From contig JAKCEJ010000001.1 in the NCBI GenBank assembly GCA_021838065.1, forward strand, positions 1-32,627: a stretch of DNA of 32,627 nucleotides, given 5' to 3'. The DNA comes from Pseudomonadota bacterium. Lineage in GTDB: Bacteria; Pseudomonadota; Gammaproteobacteria; Steroidobacterales; Steroidobacteraceae. A program made the translations under genes and the position numbers. The notes below the pieces were generated by a model. That model did not search any database, was not told where the DNA came from, and saw nothing but the letters and a program-made list of their open reading frames with translations. Shown here piece after piece: positions 17,336 to 30,054 of this stretch (positions within the stretch are counted from its first letter, which is position 1; each line of letters opens with the position of its first letter).

Positions 17336-18388
17336 ATGGATCTTTTCACTTTGCCGGATTTCGATGGCCACGAGCAGGTGGTGTTCGGTCACGACCGCGT
17401 CACGGGGCTGCGCGCGATCATCGCGATTCATTCCACCGCGCTGGGGTCTGCCGCCGGGGGCTGCAGGATGTGGGCCTATCCCTCCAGCGACGAGGCGCTC
17501 ACCGACGCGCTGCGTCTCTCGCGCGGCATGAGCTACAAGAACGCCATGGCGGAGCTCGCCTTCGGCGGGGGCAAGGCGGTGATCCTCGGCGATGCGCGCG
17601 CGCACAAGACCCCGGCGCTGTTGCAGGCCTTCGGCCGGCTGGTCGATGCGCTCGGCGGGCGGTACATCACCGCCGAGGACGTCGGCACCACCACCGCCGA
17701 CATGCAGCAGGTGGCCGGGCAGACGCGCTTCGTGAGCGGCCTGGCGCGCGCAACCGGCGAGGTCGGCGGGGATCCGGGTCCGAAGACCGCGCTCGGGGTG
17801 TTCCTCGGGATCCGCTCGGCGGTGCGCTTTCAGATGGGGCGCGCCCTCGAGGGGCTGACCGTCGCCGTGCAGGGGCTCGGCGGCGTGGGGCATCCGCTGT
17901 GCCGGCTGCTCGCCGCCGACGGGGCCCGGCTCAAAGTGGCCGACGCCCGCCCCGAGCTCGTCGCGCAGGTGCGCGAGGAGCTGGACGCGGCTGCCGTTGC
18001 GGTCGACGGCATTCTCGAGGAGGAGGCGGATGTGCTGGCGCCGTGCGCGCTCGGAGCGGTCCTCAACGAGCGGTCCATCCCGCGGCTGCGCGTGCGGGTG
18101 ATCGCCGGGGCGGCGAACAACCAGCTGGCGCGGGAAGGCGACGGCGAGGCCCTCATGAAGGCCGGCATCCTGTATGCCCCGGACTACGTGATCAACGCCG
18201 CGGGCATCATCAACGTGGCGCACGAGTACTACGGTGGCTCGTCCGAGGCCGCGGTGCGCGCGGCAATCGAGAAGATTCCCGAGCGCCTGACCCTGATTTT
18301 CGAGCGCGCCCGGCGCGAGTCGCTGCCGACCAGCGCCGTCGCCGATCAGATGGCGCGCGAGCGGCTGCGGGCCGGCCGCGCCGGCTGA
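17336..18388 (+). CDS. ldh: Leucine (Leu/Val/Phe-type) dehydrogenase, Glu/Leu/Phe/Val dehydrogenase family
   Basis: 350 aa starting at ATG 17336, with GGAG 8-11 nt upstream. Sequence ...AIIAIHSTALGSAAGGCRMW...MSYKNAMAELAFGGGKAVI (catalytic Lys block), Rossmann motif VAVQGLGGVG and AGAANNQL. Amino-acid specificity cannot be fixed from sequence alone. Confidence 0.85.
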   Translation: MDLFTLPDFDGHEQVVFGHDRVTGLRAIIAIHSTALGSAAGGCRMWAYPSSDEALTDALRLSRGMSYKNAMAELAFGGGKAVILGDARAHKTPALLQAFGRLVDALGGRYITAEDVGTTTADMQQVAGQTRFVSGLARATGEVGGDPGPKTALGVFLGIRSAVRFQMGRALEGLTVAVQGLGGVGHPLCRLLAADGARLKVADARPELVAQVREELDAAAVAVDGILEEEADVLAPCALGAVLNERSIPRLRVRVIAGAANNQLAREGDGEALMKAGILYAPDYVINAAGIINVAHEYYGGSSEAAVRAAIEKIPERLTLIFERARRESLPTSAVADQMARERLRAGRAG

Positions 18389-18461
18389 GGGCCTCCCGGC
18401 GCGGGCGCAGCGGTCGCGGGCGGGGCGGGGCGGGGCGGCGGTGAAGTACACTGTCGCCCTC

Positions 18462-19424
18462 ATGAAGCGCGTCATCGCGATTGCCAACCAGAAAGGCGGC
18501 GTGGGCAAGACCACGACGGCGGTCAATCTGGCCGCCTCGCTCGCGGCCACGCGCCGGCGCGTGCTGCTGCTCGACATGGACCCGCAGGGCAACGCGACCA
18601 TGGGCAGCGGAGTCGACAAGTCGCAGCTCGAGCGCGGCACCTGCGAGGTGCTGCTCGAGGAAGCGCAGCTGCGCGCGGCGCTGCGCACGGTCGAGCAGGG
18701 CGGCTACGCGCTGCTGCCGACCAATCAGGATCTCACCGCCGCGGAAGTGCGCCTGCTGGGGCTGACCGTGGGCCGAGAGACCCGCTTGCGCCAGGCGCTA
18801 GCGCCGGTGCGCGATGCCTACGACGTCATTCTCATCGACTGCCCGCCCGCGCTGAACATACTCACCGTCAACGCGCTGGTGGCCGCTGACAGCGTCCTCA
18901 TCCCCATGCAGTGCGAGTACTACGCCCTCGAGGGGCTCTCGGCGCTGCTCGGCACCATCGAGCAGATCCGCGCGGCGGTCAACCCGCCGCTCGAGATCGA
19001 GGGCATCCTGCGCACCATGTTTGACCCGCGGAACAACCTCGCCAACGAGGTGAGCGCCCAGCTGACCATGCATTTCGGCGAGAAGGTGTTCCGTACCGTC
19101 ATCCCGCGCAACATCCGCCTGGCCGAGGCGCCCTCCTTCGGGCGCCCGGTGCTGTTCCACGACAAGGAATCGCGCGGTGCGCTCGCTTACCTGGCGCTGG
19201 CCGGGGAGATGATCCGGCGCGGCGAGAGCGGGCCGCGGGGCGAGGAGCCCGGCGGGGAGCTGCCGGGGGCCGCGCCGACCGGCGAGAATCGCGGGGACGA
19301 GGCGTCCGCCGCGGGCGCGCGCCCGGCGGCTGCGCCGGGAGGCCGGCCCGCAACGGACAGTGTGGGCGGGGCATCGGCGAGTCCGTCCGCGGCGCGCGCC
19401 GAGCAGGGGGGCTCGACGCCATGA
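18462..19424 (+). CDS. parA: Chromosome partitioning ATPase ParA (Soj) with 67-aa low-complexity C-terminal tail
   Basis: MKRVIAIANQKGGVGKTTTAVNLAASLA (deviant Walker A) from ATG 18462; the track's GTG 18441 would add 7 aa. The core ends near ...LALAGEMIRR. The ORF then continues through a Gly/Pro/Ala/Glu-rich stretch to a TGA that overlaps the parB ATG (ATGA). Confidence 0.9.
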   Translation: MKRVIAIANQKGGVGKTTTAVNLAASLAATRRRVLLLDMDPQGNATMGSGVDKSQLERGTCEVLLEEAQLRAALRTVEQGGYALLPTNQDLTAAEVRLLGLTVGRETRLRQALAPVRDAYDVILIDCPPALNILTVNALVAADSVLIPMQCEYYALEGLSALLGTIEQIRAAVNPPLEIEGILRTMFDPRNNLANEVSAQLTMHFGEKVFRTVIPRNIRLAEAPSFGRPVLFHDKESRGALAYLALAGEMIRRGESGPRGEEPGGELPGAAPTGENRGDEASAAGARPAAAPGGRPATDSVGGASASPSAARAEQGGSTP

Positions 19425-20317
19425 CTCAGAAGAAGCCGACCCTCGGACGGGGGCTCGCGGACCTGCTCGGCGCGGGCGTGCGCACCGCCGCGCCGGCGCC
19501 CTCGGAGGCGGCCGCGCCGGGCGAGGATGAGCTGACGCGCCTGCCGCTCGATGTGCTGCAGCGGGGCAAGTACCAGCCGCGCACCGACATGCATCCGGAG
19601 TCGCTCGAGGACCTGGCCGGCTCCATCAAGGCGCAGGGCGTGGTGCAGCCCATTGTGGTGCGCCCGCTGGCGGGCGCGCCCGGGGCGTCCCCCCGCTACG
19701 AAATCATCGCCGGGGAGCGGCGCTGGCGCGCCGCGCAGCTGGCGGGGCTCGGGGACATTCCGGCCATCGTGCGGCGCATTCCGGACGAGGCCGCGATCGC
19801 CGTCGCGCTGATCGAGAATATCCAGCGCGAGAACCTCAATCCGCTCGAGGAGGCGCGCGCGCTGCAGCGCCTGATCAGCGAGTTCGAGCTCACCCACGCG
19901 CAGGCCGCCGAGGCGGTGGGGCGCTCGCGGGCCGGGGTGAGCAACCTGCTGCGCCTGCTCGAGCTGCCCGCCGAGGTCTGCGAGCTGATCGAGCGGCGCC
20001 GCATCGAGATGGGCCATGCGCGGGCGCTGCTCGGCCTGGCGCAGCGGGCCGAGCAGCGCCAGGCGGCCGCGGAAGTGGTGGCGAAAGGGCTCTCGGTGCG
20101 CGAGACCGAGGCGCTCGTGCGGCGCATGCAGCGGCCGCCGGCGGCCGCCGCCAAGGCCCGCCCGGCCGATCCCGACGTGCGTCAGCTCGAGCAGCAGCTC
20201 TCCGAGAAGCTCGGCGCCCGGGTGGCGATCCACCAGGGGGCGGCGGGCAGGGGCTCGCTCATCGTCAACTACAATACCCTCGACGAACTGGACGGGATCC
20301 TCGCCCATATCCATTAG
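19421..20317 (+). CDS. parB: Chromosome partitioning protein ParB (Spo0J)
   Basis: 298 aa: MTQKKPTLGRGLADLLG..., GERRWRAA (CTP-binding box), IENIQRENLNPLEEA, and an HTH segment. Confidence 0.95.
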   Translation: MTQKKPTLGRGLADLLGAGVRTAAPAPSEAAAPGEDELTRLPLDVLQRGKYQPRTDMHPESLEDLAGSIKAQGVVQPIVVRPLAGAPGASPRYEIIAGERRWRAAQLAGLGDIPAIVRRIPDEAAIAVALIENIQRENLNPLEEARALQRLISEFELTHAQAAEAVGRSRAGVSNLLRLLELPAEVCELIERRRIEMGHARALLGLAQRAEQRQAAAEVVAKGLSVRETEALVRRMQRPPAAAAKARPADPDVRQLEQQLSEKLGARVAIHQGAAGRGSLIVNYNTLDELDGILAHIH

Positions 20318-20410
20318 GATTTTCCCTGATGCGCATCCGGACGATTACGGAGGGCGCTTTCCGTGGAAATTTCACACAATTTTCACAGGCTTAGACCGGG
20401 CGCGGATGGA

Positions 20411-20439
20411 GTAGACTCCCCCGGACCCGGTCAATATAA
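20411..20439 (+). promoter_or_regulatory. Sigma70-type promoter candidate for the atp operon (-35 TAGACT, 17-bp spacer, -10 TATAAT)
   Basis: TAGACT at 20411-20416 and a consensus TATAAT at 20434-20439 are separated by exactly 17 nt. The site is in the lower-GC spacer between parB and atpI. No transcript data exist. Confidence 0.45.
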
Positions 20440-20520
20440 TCGCGCGGCTTTTTCGACCCGCCGGGTGCGTGCACCCGCGGGCCGGACGGCGTGCGGCGCG
20501 CAGCGTTACGCCGCGAGTGA

Positions 20521-21852
<1,332 letters not shown>

Positions 21853-21895
21853 CCGGCCACTGTTCCCAGACGCATTCATCCTCGAGGAGATTTGA

Positions 21896-22171
<276 letters not shown>

Positions 22172-22217
22172 GCGGCTCGCAAGCCACAGGCAGAACGCTC
22201 CCCGGGAGGAGGCGATC

Positions 22218-22688
22218 GTGCACATCAATCTGACGCTCCTCGTCCAGATGGCGGTATTCGCCGTCCTCATCTGGTTCACGATGAAATTCGTGTGGCCGAT
22301 GATTCTCGGCCCGATGCAGGAACGCGAGCGGCGGATCGCGCAGGGTCTCGCCGCGGCCAACAAGGGCGAGGAAGAGCTCAAGGATGCCCGCGCCGGCGCC
22401 GAGTCGATTCTGGGCGAGGCGCGCGAGCGCGCCGGCGTCATCGTCGATCAGGCGCAGCGCAACGCCAGCGAGATCCTCGAGCAGGCCCGCAGCGCCGCCA
22501 CGCAGGAGGGCCAGCGTCTGGTGGCCGCCGCGCAGCAGCAGATCGAGCTCGACGCCGCGCGGGCGAAGGAGCAGCTGCGCCAGCAGGTCGGGGCGATCGC
22601 CGTCGCGGCCGCCTCGAAGCTGCTCGAGCGTGAGATCGACGCGCGCGCCCACGAGGCGCTGCTCAACGAGTTTGCCGCGCAGCTGTAG
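22218..22688 (+). CDS. atpF: F0F1 ATP synthase subunit b
   Basis: 156 aa with a GTG start at 22218, preceded by GGGAGGAGG. It has an N-terminal TM helix followed by a long charged coiled-coil. Confidence 0.9.
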   Translation: MHINLTLLVQMAVFAVLIWFTMKFVWPMILGPMQERERRIAQGLAAANKGEEELKDARAGAESILGEARERAGVIVDQAQRNASEILEQARSAATQEGQRLVAAAQQQIELDAARAKEQLRQQVGAIAVAAASKLLEREIDARAHEALLNEFAAQL

Positions 22689-22700
22689 GCGGAGGAACCG

Positions 22701-23231
22701 ATGCCGGACAAGAGCACCATCGCCAGGCCCTATGCCAAAGCCGCGTTCGCGGCTGCCGACGGCCACCTCGGCGAGTGGTCCAGGGCGCTGCGCCGGGCGG
22801 CCGCCGTGGTCACCGATGCGCGCGTCGCGGCTCTGCTCAACAATCCGCGCGTCACGGCGGAGCGGCTCGCCGAGCTGATCTGCTCGATCGCCGATCCGCA
22901 ACTCGATGAGGTCGGGCGCAATTTCATCCGCACGCTCGCGGACAACCACCGGCTCGAGTGCCTGCCGGAGGTCGCCGCGCGCTTCGATGAGCTCAAGGCC
23001 GAGGCCGAGGGAACCATCGACGTCGAAGTCACTTCGGCAACTGCGCTGACCGAGGCGCAGCGGCGCTCGCTCGCGAGCGCGCTCGAGCGGCGCCTGCGGC
23101 GCACCGTGCGCCTGCGCTGTGCGCTCGATCCGACGCTGATCGGCGGCGCGAGCGTGCGCGCCGGCGACCTCGTCATCGACGGCTCGCTGCGCAGCCGACT
23201 CGAGCGCATCCGGCATCAGCTGACCGCGTAA
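22701..23231 (+). CDS. atpH: F0F1 ATP synthase subunit delta
   Basis: 176 aa: ...IARPYAKAAFAAA..., an OSCP/delta-type sequence in the canonical operon position, with GGAGG upstream. Confidence 0.9.
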   Translation: MPDKSTIARPYAKAAFAAADGHLGEWSRALRRAAAVVTDARVAALLNNPRVTAERLAELICSIADPQLDEVGRNFIRTLADNHRLECLPEVAARFDELKAEAEGTIDVEVTSATALTEAQRRSLASALERRLRRTVRLRCALDPTLIGGASVRAGDLVIDGSLRSRLERIRHQLTA

Positions 23232-23255
23232 GCCATTTTCCGGGGAAACACTGTT

Positions 23256-24797
<1,542 letters not shown>

Positions 24798-24835
24798 CCG
24801 TGCGCACCTGCCGCCAACGCTGAGCGAGTTCCCCG

Positions 24836-25699
24836 ATGCCAGGCACCAAGGAAATCCGCGCCAAGATCACGAGTGTCAAGAACACTCAGAAGATCACGCG
24901 CGCCATGCAGATGGTCGCGACCAGCAAGATGCGCCGCGCCCAGGAGCGCATGCGCAGCGCGCGGCCGTACGCGGAAAAGATGCGCGGCGTCATCGGCAAT
25001 CTCACCGAGGCCAATCCCGATTATCGCAGCCCGTTCCTGCAGAACCGGCCAGCGGTCAAGAGCGTCGGCATCATCGTGGTGTCGACGGACCGAGGTCTCG
25101 CGGGCGCGCTGAACGGCAACGTCTTCAAGCAGACGCTGCTCTTGATGCGCGAGTGGCAGGACAAGGGCGCAGCGGTCAAGCTGTGCGTGATCGGCGCCAA
25201 GGGCATGGCGTTTTTCCGGCGGCTCGATACGCCGATCGTCGCCAACGCCGCGCACCTCGGCGACCGACCGCACGTCAAGGACCTCATCGGCGTCGTCAAG
25301 GTGATGCTGGATGCGTTTCGGGACGGCGAGATCGACCGGCTGTTCCTGGTCGGCTCGGAATTCGTCAACACCATGACGCAGCGGCCCACGGCGGCGCAGC
25401 TGCTGCCGGTCGAAGCGGCCCACAGCACGGACCTGCAGGAGCACTGGGACTACATTTACGAGCCCGAGGCCGCGCAGCTCCTCGATGCGCTGCTCATGCG
25501 CTACATCGAGTCCCAGGTGTACCGGGCGGCGGTCGAGAACGTCGCCTCCGAGATGGCCGCGCGCATGGTGGCGATGAAGGCCGCCACGGACAACGCCGGC
25601 AAACTCATCAGCGAAATGCAGCTCATTTACAACAAGGCCCGTCAGGCCGCGATCACCAAGGAATTGGCCGAGATCGTGGGCGGCGCGGCCGCGGTCTGA
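24836..25699 (+). CDS. atpG: F0F1 ATP synthase subunit gamma
   Basis: 287 aa: [36 protein letters not shown] ... [15 protein letters not shown]. Confidence 0.95.
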   Translation: MPGTKEIRAKITSVKNTQKITRAMQMVATSKMRRAQERMRSARPYAEKMRGVIGNLTEANPDYRSPFLQNRPAVKSVGIIVVSTDRGLAGALNGNVFKQTLLLMREWQDKGAAVKLCVIGAKGMAFFRRLDTPIVANAAHLGDRPHVKDLIGVVKVMLDAFRDGEIDRLFLVGSEFVNTMTQRPTAAQLLPVEAAHSTDLQEHWDYIYEPEAAQLLDALLMRYIESQVYRAAVENVASEMAARMVAMKAATDNAGKLISEMQLIYNKARQAAITKELAEIVGGAAAV

Positions 25700-25708
25700 G
25701 AGAGATAA

Positions 25709-27142
<1,434 letters not shown>

Positions 27143-27152
27143 GAGCGAGCGC

Positions 27153-27581
27153 ATGGCCGAGCCGCATACGATCCATGTCGATGTCGTCAGCGCCGAGGGG
27201 GAGATCTTCTCGGGGCCGGCGACCATGGTGTTCGCGCCGGCCTCGCAGGGCGACATCGGCGTGGCGCCGCGCCATGCGCCGCTGCTGTCGATGCTCAAGC
27301 CCGGCGAGGTCCGGGTGCAGACGCCGCAGGGCGAGGAACTGTTCTTCTTCGTCGGCGGCGGGGCGATCGAAGTGCAGCCGCATCGGGTCACGGTGCTCGC
27401 CGATACGGCGCTGCGCGCCAAGGATATCGACGAGGCAGCCGCCTTGGCGGCGAAGCAGCGCGCGGAGGAGGCGCTGCGCGACCGCACCAGCCACATCAGC
27501 CAGGCCGAAGCGCTGGCCGAGCTCGCGCGTGCCGCAGCCCAACTGAAGATCATCGCGCGGCTGCGCAAGGTACGAGGCTGA
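27153..27581 (+). CDS. atpC: F0F1 ATP synthase subunit epsilon
   Basis: 142 aa: ...IHVDVVSAEGEIFSGPATMVFAPASQGDIGVAPRHAPLLSMLKPGEVRV..., with AGGAG upstream. Confidence 0.93.
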   Translation: MAEPHTIHVDVVSAEGEIFSGPATMVFAPASQGDIGVAPRHAPLLSMLKPGEVRVQTPQGEELFFFVGGGAIEVQPHRVTVLADTALRAKDIDEAAALAAKQRAEEALRDRTSHISQAEALAELARAAAQLKIIARLRKVRG

Positions 27582-27618
27582 CTGGGCGCAGCGGCCCCGC
27601 CCGCGCCATAATGGCCGC

Positions 27619-29016
27619 ATGAGCAAGCCGACGCCCGCGCCCGCCCCGCAACTCTCGGTGGTGATCCTGGCCGCGGGCGAAGGCAAGCGGATGAAATCGC
27701 GCCTGCCCAAGGTGCTGCAGCCCCTTGCCGGACGGCCGCTCCTCGCCCACGTGCTCAATACGGCCGGCGCGCTCTCGCCGGCCAGCATCCACATCGTCTA
27801 CGGCCACGGCGGCGAGCAGGTGCGCGCGGCGTTTCCCGGCGCCGCGCTGAGCTGGGTCAGGCAGGCCGAGCAGCTCGGCACCGGACATGCGCTGCAGCAG
27901 GCGGTCCCCCAGATCCCCGATGCGGATACGGTGCTCGTGCTCTACGGCGATGTGCCTCTGCTGCGCGCCGAGACGCTCGAGCGCCTGACCGCAATCGCCG
28001 CCGCGGGCGAGCTCGCGCTGCTGACCATGGAACCCGAGGACCCGGCGGGCTACGGCCGGATCGTGCGCGACCCGGCGGGCACGGTGGCGCGCATCGTGGA
28101 ACAGAAGGATGCCTCCGCCGAGGAGCTGCGCATCGGGGAGTGCAACACGGGCATCCTGGCCGCGCCGGCCGGGCGGCTCAAGGCTTGGCTCGCGAGCCTG
28201 CGCAACGACAACGCGCAGCGCGAGTATTACCTGACGGACGCGATCGGTCTGGCGGTTCGCTCCGGGGTGACTGTCACACCGGTACGGCTCGCCGATCCCA
28301 TCGAAGCTCTCGGTGTCAACGACAAGGCGCAGCTGGCGCAGCTCGAAGCGGTCTGCCGGCGCAACGCCGCGCGCATTCTGATGCGGGCGGGGGTCACGAT
28401 CGTCGATCCGGCGCGGCTCGACGTGCGCGGCGAGGTGATTCACGGGCAGGACGTCTTCATCGACGTCAACGTCGTGCTCGAGGGGCGGGTGACGCTCGGC
28501 GACAGGGTGCGCATCGGCCCGGGCTGCGTGATCCGCGACAGCCGGATCGGCGATGACACCGAGCTGTTCGCCCACTGCGTCCTCGACGGTGTGACCATCG
28601 GGGCGGGTGCGCGCATCGGACCGTTCTCGCGGATCCGCCCGACGACCGAGCTGGCCGATGGCGTGCACATCGGCAATTTCGTCGAGGTGAAGAACTCCCT
28701 GCTCGGCGCCGAATCCAAGGCGAATCACCTCTCCTACGTGGGCGATGCCGAAGTCGGCGCCCACGTGAACATCGGCGCCGGCACCATCATCGCCAATTAC
28801 GACGGCGCCAACAAGCACCGCACGCGCATCGGGGATAAGGCGCACACCGGTTCCAACAGCGTACTGGTCGCGCCCATCACCGTTGGCGAGGGCGCCACGA
28901 TCGCCGCCGGCTCGACCGTGACCCGCGAGGTCCCTGCGGGTAAGCTGACCATCGCCCGCGCGCGGCAGACGACGATTGAAGGCTGGCGGCGGCCGGTCAA
29001 GCCGAAGAAAAAGTAG
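27619..29016 (+). CDS. glmU: Bifunctional UDP-N-acetylglucosamine pyrophosphorylase / glucosamine-1-phosphate N-acetyltransferase
   Basis: 465 aa: VVILAAGEGKRMKSRLPKVLQPLAGRPLL, followed by left-handed beta-helix hexapeptide repeats in the C-terminal half. Confidence 0.95.
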   Translation: MSKPTPAPAPQLSVVILAAGEGKRMKSRLPKVLQPLAGRPLLAHVLNTAGALSPASIHIVYGHGGEQVRAAFPGAALSWVRQAEQLGTGHALQQAVPQIPDADTVLVLYGDVPLLRAETLERLTAIAAAGELALLTMEPEDPAGYGRIVRDPAGTVARIVEQKDASAEELRIGECNTGILAAPAGRLKAWLASLRNDNAQREYYLTDAIGLAVRSGVTVTPVRLADPIEALGVNDKAQLAQLEAVCRRNAARILMRAGVTIVDPARLDVRGEVIHGQDVFIDVNVVLEGRVTLGDRVRIGPGCVIRDSRIGDDTELFAHCVLDGVTIGAGARIGPFSRIRPTTELADGVHIGNFVEVKNSLLGAESKANHLSYVGDAEVGAHVNIGAGTIIANYDGANKHRTRIGDKAHTGSNSVLVAPITVGEGATIAAGSTVTREVPAGKLTIARARQTTIEGWRRPVKPKKK

Positions 29017-29033
29017 CCGCCGGGCAACCGCCG

Positions 29034-29915
29034 TCAGTGCGGCGCCGCCGCGACCCGCGCCGCGAATTTCGCCGGCGGGTCGCGAAATATCCGCCGAGCC
29101 AACAGGAGAGCCCGCCCGATCAGACGCTCTCGCCGCGCATCGATGCGCGCCAACAGGCGCTTCTGCGCGCTCGGTGCCAAGGACGCCTGCAGGACCTTGC
29201 CGCGCAGCACGGTGAGGTTGTGGTCATCGCCGAGGAGATCCGACAGACGGTGCGCCGCGGCGGCAAGCGAGCGTGTCCCGCCGCCGTCCGATGCCGCGAG
29301 TGCCTCGAGCTGATGCCACAGGTATTTCGTCTGCTTGCGCAGCTCGTGCAGGTCCTCGGCCGTACGGTGCGCCCGAACGCGCCCGAGCGTGATGCGAGCG
29401 CGTCCGTAAACCCGGCAGACACCCTGCCTCAACACGGGCCAGTCGTAACAGTCCGCGGGTACGCGCGACAAACTGTGCCGGACCGAGCGCAACGACTTGT
29501 ATGAGCGCCTGACGCTCGTCCCGTTGCCGCGCAGGGTGCCGCGCGAGTGCACGTGCTCGCGCCGCAAGCGCGCGCGCAGCTGCGCCCGCGATCGGTCCGG
29601 GGCCACCGCGCTGCGCTTCGGCAGGCTCTGCAGAGTATCGAGCAGCACCTTGCTGTCGCGAACCTCGCCCAGAGCGCGCGCCACGTCGCGCAACGCGGCA
29701 TTGTTGCGGCGATAGGCCTCGTCTCCCAGCGCAGCGCGCATCAGCCGCAGCATGGCGCGCGCCCGCTTGAGGTCCTTGCGCACCGCATGTACCGAGCGAT
29801 CGGACAACGGACGGCGCTCGAGCAGGGCCATCGCCTCGGCAAGGCTCTGCCGAGCGATGTGCCGCACGTCGGGGGGGCACGGGAGCGGGGCGCGGAACTG
29901 CGCGGTCACGGCCAC
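29034..29915 (-). CDS. CHAD domain-containing protein
   Basis: 293 aa, all-helical and Arg/His-rich, with CHAD-type blocks (VHAVRKDLKRARAMLRL, LHELRKQTKYLWHQLEAL). The track start is GTG 29915 with no clear SD, so the true start is uncertain. It converges on glmU with a 17-nt gap. Confidence 0.7.
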   Translation of the reverse strand: MAVTAQFRAPLPCPPDVRHIARQSLAEAMALLERRPLSDRSVHAVRKDLKRARAMLRLMRAALGDEAYRRNNAALRDVARALGEVRDSKVLLDTLQSLPKRSAVAPDRSRAQLRARLRREHVHSRGTLRGNGTSVRRSYKSLRSVRHSLSRVPADCYDWPVLRQGVCRVYGRARITLGRVRAHRTAEDLHELRKQTKYLWHQLEALAASDGGGTRSLAAAAHRLSDLLGDDHNLTVLRGKVLQASLAPSAQKRLLARIDARRERLIGRALLLARRIFRDPPAKFAARVAAAPH

Positions 29916-30054
29916 AGGCTAGGCGGCGGCGGAGTCCGGGTCCATCCGCAATCACCGAGGCTCAGCCGGCCGATGCGGCAATCTGGCTGTCATCTGCGCC
30001 GATTAGGCTGCCCGAGCACGCCAATCCGTGCTGATGAGTCTACCGGAGAGACGC

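Noticed and set aside
27607-27621. CATAAT hexamer 6 nt upstream of the glmU ATG, with no SD, which would suggest a leaderless glmU transcript
   Set aside because: There is no acceptable -35 at 16-18 bp (the nearest, CTGACT, is 23 nt away). glmU may simply be read through from atpC, which ends 37 nt upstream. Nothing supports it without TSS data.
27550-28845. 431-aa ORF antisense to glmU. Similar antisense ORFs are 17204..18688 (opposite ldh), 9305..10750 (opposite degP), 12298..13935 (opposite the S9-fold gene) and 4810..6240 (alternative frame of the POT gene).
   Set aside because: The reasoning is the same in every case. The opposite or alternate frame encodes a clearly homologous protein, and these translations look like high-GC frame artefacts with no domains.
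29987-29993. CTGTCAT heptamer (a Pho-box half-site) in the CHAD/OlsF-like divergent spacer
   Set aside because: A Pho box needs a second CTGTCA-like repeat 11 bp downstream. The sequence there (GCCGATT) does not match, and a single heptamer is not evidence of PhoB control.
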